Shown one piece after another: positions 17,441 to 24,000 of a stretch of DNA of 24,000 bases. The position numbers were made by a program, and so were the translations under genes. Below the pieces are notes generated by a model that saw only the letters and a list, made by a program, of their open reading frames with translations, was not told the DNA's origin and did no database searches. The stretch spans positions 5,490,518-5,514,517 of the forward strand of contig OY781882.1 of the NCBI GenBank assembly GCA_963677125.1, given 5' to 3'. The stretch's first letter is position 1. Each line of letters opens with the position of its first letter. The DNA comes from an uncultured Desulfobacter sp. Lineage in GTDB: Bacteria; Desulfobacterota; Desulfobacteria; Desulfobacterales; Desulfobacteraceae.

Positions 17441-18520
17441 TTAATTGTGTGACGCTGCGGCTGCAGCTCGTCGGGCACTGACCAGCGCCCCTTCAAGGTA
17501 GCCGCCGAATTGGCCCGCGGTCTCACTGCCTGCAAAGTGCAGTGTGTTGTTCCAGATGCTTGTTTTCCCGCCTGGCGGATAGAATTCAGGATGGTTGTGA
17601 CAGGATTTTTTGTCGTATTCCGTGGCCGTAAACGATTCTAAAGCCCAGTCCTGGTAATACAGTTCCAAGGGCTGTGCCGCATCGGGCCCGAACAGCTGCA
17701 CAAGCTGGGCAAGAATGGCCCGGGACATGGTGTTTTTGTCCTTCCTTCTCAGGGCTGGGATGCCGGCAAAGCCTGTCAACCCATAGGGGTGATCACCAGT
17801 GGCAGACCCGTCATGGATCTCCCCGAGGGGACCGCGTTGGCTGAATGCCTGTCCGGAAAGTCCCATGTTTCGCCAGGCTGCCTTATTATACAGGGCAAAA
17901 AATTTGGCATGCCCGGCCATCCAGGTGGATGCCTTAAGCATAGCCTGGGCCAGGGCATGGGACAGATCCGGTGTAAATAAAATGGACCGGGCCGCAAGTC
18001 GGGGCGGCAGGGCAAGAATGATGTTGGATGCGGTTAATTCACAACGAGGCGGCTGGTCAAGATGCCCCACCTTTACCCTGCACCCATTGTCCTGGCGCTG
18101 GATTTCACAAACCGGATGATCCAGGCGGATAACCTGTCGATTAATTTGCGCCAACAGACCTTTGATAAGGGCCATCATGCCGCCTTCAAGGCGGAAGGCC
18201 GGCGGTTCCATGGGGCAGCCGGACACGGTCTGGACATCGCCTGCTTTGGTTTCAAATAAGGCAAGGCCCTGTTCAAACTGGGGATATCTTTTTAATCCCA
18301 GATTTTTTACCAGGGCGGATACTTCCGGATTGACCATGGGCCAGAACCAAGACGGCCCCAAGTCGGCAAAAAAAGTTTGATGGTTTGGACATAAAATTCT
18401 ACCCCCGATTCTGGATCTGGCTTCCAGAACAAGAACGGATCTGTTTTGCCTCATAAGGTGGGCGGCGCAGGCAATACCGCTTAATCCTGCCCCAATAATT
18501 ATTGTATCAACGTGTTCCAT
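17441..18520 (-). CDS. FAD-dependent amine oxidase / protoporphyrinogen-oxidase-like flavoprotein
   Basis: 359 aa: 'DTIIIGAGLSGIACAAHLMRQNRSVLVLEARSRIGGRI' (Rossmann GxGxxG plus GG motif) and C-terminal 'LHFAGSETAGQFGGYLEGALVSARRAA'. Confidence 0.9.
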   Translation of the reverse strand: MEHVDTIIIGAGLSGIACAAHLMRQNRSVLVLEARSRIGGRILCPNHQTFFADLGPSWFWPMVNPEVSALVKNLGLKRYPQFEQGLALFETKAGDVQTVSGCPMEPPAFRLEGGMMALIKGLLAQINRQVIRLDHPVCEIQRQDNGCRVKVGHLDQPPRCELTASNIILALPPRLAARSILFTPDLSHALAQAMLKASTWMAGHAKFFALYNKAAWRNMGLSGQAFSQRGPLGEIHDGSATGDHPYGLTGFAGIPALRRKDKNTMSRAILAQLVQLFGPDAAQPLELYYQDWALESFTATEYDKKSCHNHPEFYPPGGKTSIWNNTLHFAGSETAGQFGGYLEGALVSARRAAAAASHN

Positions 18521-18786
18521 AAATTTTTAAAATCCACTGGCGTGAACGAATACTGCCAAAGGTTATGCGCCTTTGGAATTGAAAAAGCAACGATTTTGAC
18601 AATGGATGTACCGGCATCAACATCAGTCCTGCCAATCCGAAACGCTTGGGTTAAATCATTTTTTCCTTTTTTCAACTCTGTTTTTTCAATTACTTATATG
18701 ATATGTTTTTTTGCTTTATCAGGATGGTAGTGATAAAAAGGTACGGCAAAAAGAATAAGGCTACTGCTTAAGGAGAATTACCCTAT

Positions 18787-20664
18787 ATGGCACGTTTAAA
18801 TGAGTTTGAACTGTCCGTTATAAAAGTCACTGACAGTCCATTAATATACAAGGCGCAGATCCCTTCGGAGTGCACATTTTTTCAGGATGTCCGACGCTAC
18901 CAGAGTATTGGGCCCCAGATGGAAATCCGTATTATTCCGGTAAATGGGTTGATCGAGCTTGACTCGGACATGGAGCCCGTATCCTTTAATAAATTAAGCG
19001 GGGCCGAACGTAAGGCCCTGGTGGATTACCTGACGGTTCGTGTTGCAAGAGGCGATAATATCGGGTATGCATGGGCCTTTTTTCGGCCTGCGGATAAAAA
19101 AAGGTGCCTTGTGGCCTACGGCGGCAACGTGGTCCATGATGATACCTATACGGGAAAAGAACGCGTTACGGCTTTGCTTTCGGCGCTTAAAAAGCAAAAA
19201 GGCATCAGCAAAATGAAACGGCGCTGGTTTCCCTGGCTTGCCGCCCTTCTGCTTATATCTCTGGTCGTTTTTGCCGGGGTCAAATATGGCAATCTGGTAA
19301 AAAAGATTCCCTTTATCAGCAGTATCGGCAAGGCTTCCGGTCCTGAAATGCAGTTTTATGAATCCGTATTTCCTGATTTGTATGCCTGGCTGTCCAAGGG
19401 CGAGCCGGAACAAAAAGATGTGGCGAAAAAGCTTTTGAAAACCGAATACATCTCATCCATGCTTCACACCATGACCCAGCCTGATTACCTTCAGGACGGA
19501 GAGGAGGGGATGGACCGGGGCAACAGGCTGATCCTGTTTGTCTATTTTAATTATAACAAACAGGTTGAAGAGTTGATCAGTTCCCGTCGGTTGATTCTGG
19601 CAGGTACGGAATTCATTCGTTTGTCACGGATTTATTCAACCCTGCAGTCCGGATATGCTTCCAATATTTTTTATTTCAAGGTTGGAGATTTGAACATCCG
19701 GCATACGGAGATCTCCAATTACATGAAACAGAACATGATCTCCTATCATGATTTTAAAAAGATCAGGGATGAAAATGCCTTTGCAGAACTGATGGCCAGT
19801 GACCGTATCAGTTATAAAATGAAGGGTTTTTTGGAAAATGTGTACACCTTTACCCCTCTTCGCATTGACACAAAACTTGATGGTAAATCCTGGTACCTGC
19901 TCACCCGGAATAACAGTGCCGGCAATATAGATTTTGCCGCCTTTTTCCACCAGGGCAGCGCTACACTGGTTCCCAAACGCATAGGCCATCTGGTGCTCGG
20001 AGACAAGGGCCTGCCTGCAGACATGGCCTGGTATGCATTGGATGACAGCCAGGCCGGGGGGCTTAAACTGTCGGACAGTTCCCAAACCTATTTTAGTACA
20101 GAGACCGGCCAGACCAACCAGCTCGGTATTATCCAGAAACGCATTGATAGCTTAAATCTTTCCAAGGTGTCCGAAGGCCGGGTGAAGGTCAGCGTTCACC
20201 GGGAATTGCTCATGGGGGATGCAAAGGGCAAATACGGCATCCAGACCAATGATCCCATCACAAGCCTGGTGCTGTCCAACCTGATCACCAAATCATCCTT
20301 TGAACAGGAGGCCAATGTATCCCTCAAGCGGGACCCCATCCAGTTTAATACCACATTGATTCAGCTCTCCAAAGACGACAGTTTTTCAGTTCAGTCTGTG
20401 ACCATCACGCCGGGCACCACCAATATCATCCGCTTGTTTGAGCCTTTGGACAGTTTTAAGGCAACGTTTAGGGACGGCACTTCCACCACCTTTGAAAAGG
20501 CCAGTGTCAATTTGTTCAACCCATTTACGTTTATGGTATCCAGGGACAGCATCGTTTTATGTTTCCGTCATGACATTACTGACATGACCATCGAGGCCAA
20601 CGGCACGGAGCTTCAAGTCGTAAAGGCCAAAGACGGAAACTATCAGATTGTGAAAATCCCTTAG
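18787..20664 (+). CDS. Conserved-type bitopic membrane protein of unknown function, first gene of a three-gene cluster
   Basis: 625 aa. Cytoplasmic N-terminus of about 140 aa, then 'KMKRRWFPWLAALLLISLVVFAGVKYG' (positive-inside TM), then a long extracytoplasmic region of about 460 aa. SD taaggag just upstream of the ATG. No recognised family. Confidence 0.82.
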   Translation: MARLNEFELSVIKVTDSPLIYKAQIPSECTFFQDVRRYQSIGPQMEIRIIPVNGLIELDSDMEPVSFNKLSGAERKALVDYLTVRVARGDNIGYAWAFFRPADKKRCLVAYGGNVVHDDTYTGKERVTALLSALKKQKGISKMKRRWFPWLAALLLISLVVFAGVKYGNLVKKIPFISSIGKASGPEMQFYESVFPDLYAWLSKGEPEQKDVAKKLLKTEYISSMLHTMTQPDYLQDGEEGMDRGNRLILFVYFNYNKQVEELISSRRLILAGTEFIRLSRIYSTLQSGYASNIFYFKVGDLNIRHTEISNYMKQNMISYHDFKKIRDENAFAELMASDRISYKMKGFLENVYTFTPLRIDTKLDGKSWYLLTRNNSAGNIDFAAFFHQGSATLVPKRIGHLVLGDKGLPADMAWYALDDSQAGGLKLSDSSQTYFSTETGQTNQLGIIQKRIDSLNLSKVSEGRVKVSVHRELLMGDAKGKYGIQTNDPITSLVLSNLITKSSFEQEANVSLKRDPIQFNTTLIQLSKDDSFSVQSVTITPGTTNIIRLFEPLDSFKATFRDGTSTTFEKASVNLFNPFTFMVSRDSIVLCFRHDITDMTIEANGTELQVVKAKDGNYQIVKIP

Positions 20665-20712
20665 AAACCAATGTTTTGAAGACATCAGCATCAAGGAGTT
20701 TTATTTAATCAT

Positions 20713-22218
20713 ATGTTTGATAACACAGACCGGCTTTTAAAAATCCAGGACGGTATCAAGGCAGTTATTCAGCAACTTGCCGAGCTGCCGGCCCGGCAGG
20801 TAGACCGGGTGGAAAAGGTCATTGAACGCTGCCAAAGGTGCCTGAAAACGGCACCGGAAACGGATTTGCCCGTGTACATCCACATTACGGGTACGGATAA
20901 ATCCTTTAAGACCAGCTATCTTTTAGACCTGTTTGACAATGACGCGCTTCGTAGGCTGTTTGCGGTCAAGCAGCGAAACACCTCGGAGAATACGGCGGTT
21001 CCCTGTCTTGTGGAACCGGTATCCTGGACCGACGAGGTGGTGGTCAGCCAGATCAGCATTTCCACGGGGAATGTAATCCGGGACCGTTTAACCCAGGAGC
21101 AGTTTAACCGGCTGTATGATCTGTCTTCCGGGGCAGAGCCGGATGATTATCTCATCCGGGTGGCTGTGCCCGAAGACCAGACCACCATGACATTGCCGGC
21201 CATCGAATATCCGGGGATTAAAGAGGGTGCGGATGCCGTTGAATTCCAAAAGGAGCGCCATGAGAAGTTCCAGGCCAATATGCTGGATTGCATGGAGCGC
21301 TATCCCGGCATCCTGGTGGCCTGTTTTCAGCACAAAATCGCCATTCCTCCGGGGCATCCTTTAGATGCCATTCTTAAAAAATACCGTACGGTATTGGAAA
21401 CCACCCACGCATACCAGAAATTGCCGTTAATTTTGTCTTTGCAGGGGGACAGTGCCGTGGCAAGTTATTGCGGCAATACCAATGTGGAGCAGGACCTTGA
21501 AAGCGATTTCAAAAGCTATAAAGCCTTTGAAACTGTTGTGCAATTGATTAACCCGTGTAACAGTGAATACCCGGTGAATTTTATCTCCCCGGGTCCACAC
21601 GTGGACACCTGGATACGCAATTTGTCCCGGTATAAAGATTTGCGTGAAATCAAAGATGAGATCAAAAAGGATGGGGGCATTGCCTGGTCCCGTCAGATGC
21701 TCGGCGATCTGTGCACCACCTCAAATATCAGAGACGCCCTTGACAATATGTTTTTGATGCCCTGGATCAAGAAGGCTGAAAAGGTGCATACCCAGGCCGT
21801 TGATCTGATTTATGCAATCGAAAGCTATGATGAAGTGGCCGACGTCAAAGAGCGCATGCGCAAAGCCATTCTCAACGATACCTACCAGAGCCTGAGGCAT
21901 TTTTTTGACCGGGAGATCCAATACAATGAAGAGGGGATAATTGAGGACCACAGCACGTTCTGGAATGCCATATTTACCCAGTACCTCGACCAGTTTTTGG
22001 CCGATACCCCCAAAAGCCAGGCCATTGCCGATGTCCTGTGGAAAAACTTGCACCAGCGCCTGGATCCCGAGAACAAAGGCTTTTTGAGTGCAGCGGAAAA
22101 GGATTTGCCCCACATCATCATGAATATGGCGGAATTTTATGTTCCCAATATGCTGGTGCGCGGTGATTTCACCCTTGTAGAAAGACGTATTAAAGAGGAT
22201 GGCCAAGATGTGGTTTAA
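20713..22218 (+). CDS. Divergent P-loop/dynamin-like GTPase-related protein (inferred), second gene of the cluster
   Basis: 501 aa with 'VYIHITGTDKSFKTSYLLDLFDND' (G1-like), 'NTSENTAVPCLVEP' (G2-like) and 'TMTLPAIEYPGIKEG' (G3-like). SD aaggag upstream. Coding call strong, family call tentative. Confidence 0.78.
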   Translation: MFDNTDRLLKIQDGIKAVIQQLAELPARQVDRVEKVIERCQRCLKTAPETDLPVYIHITGTDKSFKTSYLLDLFDNDALRRLFAVKQRNTSENTAVPCLVEPVSWTDEVVVSQISISTGNVIRDRLTQEQFNRLYDLSSGAEPDDYLIRVAVPEDQTTMTLPAIEYPGIKEGADAVEFQKERHEKFQANMLDCMERYPGILVACFQHKIAIPPGHPLDAILKKYRTVLETTHAYQKLPLILSLQGDSAVASYCGNTNVEQDLESDFKSYKAFETVVQLINPCNSEYPVNFISPGPHVDTWIRNLSRYKDLREIKDEIKKDGGIAWSRQMLGDLCTTSNIRDALDNMFLMPWIKKAEKVHTQAVDLIYAIESYDEVADVKERMRKAILNDTYQSLRHFFDREIQYNEEGIIEDHSTFWNAIFTQYLDQFLADTPKSQAIADVLWKNLHQRLDPENKGFLSAAEKDLPHIIMNMAEFYVPNMLVRGDFTLVERRIKEDGQDVV

Positions 22219-23959
22219 TCTGTTCAAACGAAAAAAAAAGGAAGTGGATCAGTTCCAGCTGGAACTGGAGGATGACGGCAAACTTTATTATGAAACCATT
22301 GCCGGACGGACCCCAAGGGACATTCAGAACCACGAGGAATATATTCTTTTTATTGATTTTGGATCTTACCGGACCAGTGTGTTGTGCTGGCCCTGCAGCT
22401 TTGGCCGGGATAAAATCACCGACTCATGGCAGTATGTGGTCCATGGGGACTCCGATGCCCAGGGGGGATTTCCTTCGGCTTTTATTAATCCGCCTTCCGG
22501 TGATGAGCGCGATTTTGCCTTTGTACCCAATATGGGTCAAGATCGTGTCAGTTCAAGCCAGATTGTTAAAAGCGCCAAATATGAATTTGCCTCCAAATTT
22601 GCCGCCTACCGGGGCGATGTGCCCCAGTTCAAGCTTTATATCAAAAAGATTCTTGAACACAGTTTCAGATACATTACCGAACCCAATAAGGATCGGCCCT
22701 GGAACGGTCCTGCCATTCCGGTGATTACGGAAATCCGGGTTACTGTGCCGGACCTATTCATTGAAAATTTGAGAAACGGATACCGGGAAAACATCTATTC
22801 CGTGTGCATGAACCTCTCCTCTGACCGGAAATGGAAATGGTTGTTCCCAAGTGATTTGAGACATTTGCGTAAAACGTTTGTCAATATTTCTGCCGATGAA
22901 AGCGGGGCGTGTGAGCTTTATTTTTTAAACCTGATCAAGCAGTTGCCCTTCTGGGATCTGTCCGGTCAAAAAGATCGGCTGCCCAATTTAAAAGAAGTGG
23001 ACTTTATCTTTTCCCAGGCAGCCCAGAGAGACCCTAATACCGAAAATCTTCAGTTTGTGGTGTGTCACATCGACATTGGCGGTCTGACCACCGATGTCAG
23101 CGTTCTTCTGGCCAATACTTTCCAGGACCCGGCCCTTGGCATCACCACCGCCCTGAACCGAAAGGAATCCTTTTCCGAAAGAAAGGCCGGGGAGTATTTT
23201 GCCGAAGCCTTTGCCCAGACCAGGTTGCCGGAAGAAACCGGTCCCTGGTGGGACAGTGACCGGTTCATCAGCAGGGATTTTTCACGATTTTTGGAATTGC
23301 TGTGCGGCAAACAGGCCGGCTTGCTTAATAAATGGCGCCAGGACAAAAATCTGTCCGGCATCTACTTTCTGATTTCAGGTCGTCCGACCAAATCCGAAAA
23401 GGTCAGAAAAGCCATTAAAAAGCATATCCTCAAGGAGTTTAATAAGGATGAACTGCTGCTTTTGCCCGAGCATTGCCTGTTCATGGCCGATTACCGGCAT
23501 GTGGGCAAAAACCAGGAAGGCGAGCGCTATGCCAAAAAAATCTCCCACTTTGAAAAACTGATTACCCTGCTCGGCAACGTGTATACCTTGTACGATGGGT
23601 ATGAAATTTGTGTGGATGACCACAAGTATTATATTTCCATGGACACGGATACCCGGACCACGGCCCAGATGGAGGTGCTGCCCGGACGGATCTATAATAT
23701 GGAAGAGTTTGAAAATTACAAGAAATCTGCAGAGCACAATAACGTCAATCATTTGGCTTTTACCCGGTTTCCGGAAGGGGAGAACAGCACCCGGTTTCTG
23801 ACGGTAAAAACCATTGCCCGGCAGAACGCTTTTCCCGTTATCCGGGTAGCCCAGACCAATGACGGCCAGGCATGGATTATGCCGTCGCTGATGATTACGA
23901 ACCTGGAGCAGAATGATCAGGCGTTTGATTTGTCATGGGGGGCCTTGTCACTGGAATAA
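22199..23959 (+). CDS. Actin/Hsp70-fold ATPase-like protein, SrfB-reminiscent, third gene of the cluster
   Basis: 586 aa with phosphate-1-like 'YILFIDFGSYRTSVLCW', phosphate-2-like 'VVCHIDIGGLTTDVSVLLA' and adenosine-like 'GIYFLISGRPTKSEKVRKAIKKHI'. Overlaps the upstream gene by 20 bp (alternative ATG at 22208 overlaps by 11 bp). Confidence 0.8.
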   Translation: MAKMWFNLFKRKKKEVDQFQLELEDDGKLYYETIAGRTPRDIQNHEEYILFIDFGSYRTSVLCWPCSFGRDKITDSWQYVVHGDSDAQGGFPSAFINPPSGDERDFAFVPNMGQDRVSSSQIVKSAKYEFASKFAAYRGDVPQFKLYIKKILEHSFRYITEPNKDRPWNGPAIPVITEIRVTVPDLFIENLRNGYRENIYSVCMNLSSDRKWKWLFPSDLRHLRKTFVNISADESGACELYFLNLIKQLPFWDLSGQKDRLPNLKEVDFIFSQAAQRDPNTENLQFVVCHIDIGGLTTDVSVLLANTFQDPALGITTALNRKESFSERKAGEYFAEAFAQTRLPEETGPWWDSDRFISRDFSRFLELLCGKQAGLLNKWRQDKNLSGIYFLISGRPTKSEKVRKAIKKHILKEFNKDELLLLPEHCLFMADYRHVGKNQEGERYAKKISHFEKLITLLGNVYTLYDGYEICVDDHKYYISMDTDTRTTAQMEVLPGRIYNMEEFENYKKSAEHNNVNHLAFTRFPEGENSTRFLTVKTIARQNAFPVIRVAQTNDGQAWIMPSLMITNLEQNDQAFDLSWGALSLE

Positions 23960-24000
23960 TGTCAGTGTTAGCTATTTAAGATGATTTCATAATACCACGA

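Noticed and set aside
21721-22227. 168-aa minus-strand ORF opposite the GTPase-like gene
   Set aside because: The plus-strand ORF has an SD, the operon spacing and continuous coding; the antisense ORF shows no family signal.
22272-22724. 150-aa plus-strand ORF in an alternative frame of the actin-like gene
   Set aside because: Embedded in the frame of a 586-aa ORF with conserved motifs; no independent start signal noticed.
1-24000. Mobile element or defence-island hypothesis for the window
   Set aside because: No integrase, transposase, tRNA target or flanking direct repeats were seen, and gene style looks uniform. The three-gene cluster is therefore reported without a claim of mobility.

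Overview
The window looks like one contiguous piece of a Desulfobacterales-like genome (an impression from gene content, not a measurement). Coding density is high. There is no CRISPR array, tRNA, rRNA or transposase that I can support. Five blocks are visible. (A) 11713->1, minus strand: a tightly packed RsbR-RsbS-RsbT-RsbX-like stressosome module runs directly into a hybrid histidine kinase, a REC-HD-GYP protein, a very large BvgS-like hybrid kinase and a second REC protein cut by the left edge. No sigma factor is present, so the likely output is phosphorelay plus c-di-GMP. (B) 12217->15494, plus strand: a stand-alone response regulator and a FapA/DUF342 protein that carries a receiver-like domain lacking the phospho-acceptor Asp. 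(C) 15494-15739: a convergent intergenic region with a long imperfect inverted repeat. (D) 18520->15739, minus strand: an FAD amine oxidase, two YbjQ-family proteins and an M48 membrane protease. (E) 18787->23959, plus strand: a three-gene set made of a bitopic membrane protein, a protein with eroded dynamin/GTPase-like motifs, and an actin/Hsp70-fold ATPase. It is reminiscent of SrfABC-type loci and is the best candidate here for a poorly described system. The second candidate is the stressosome-to-hybrid-kinase fusion logic in block A.
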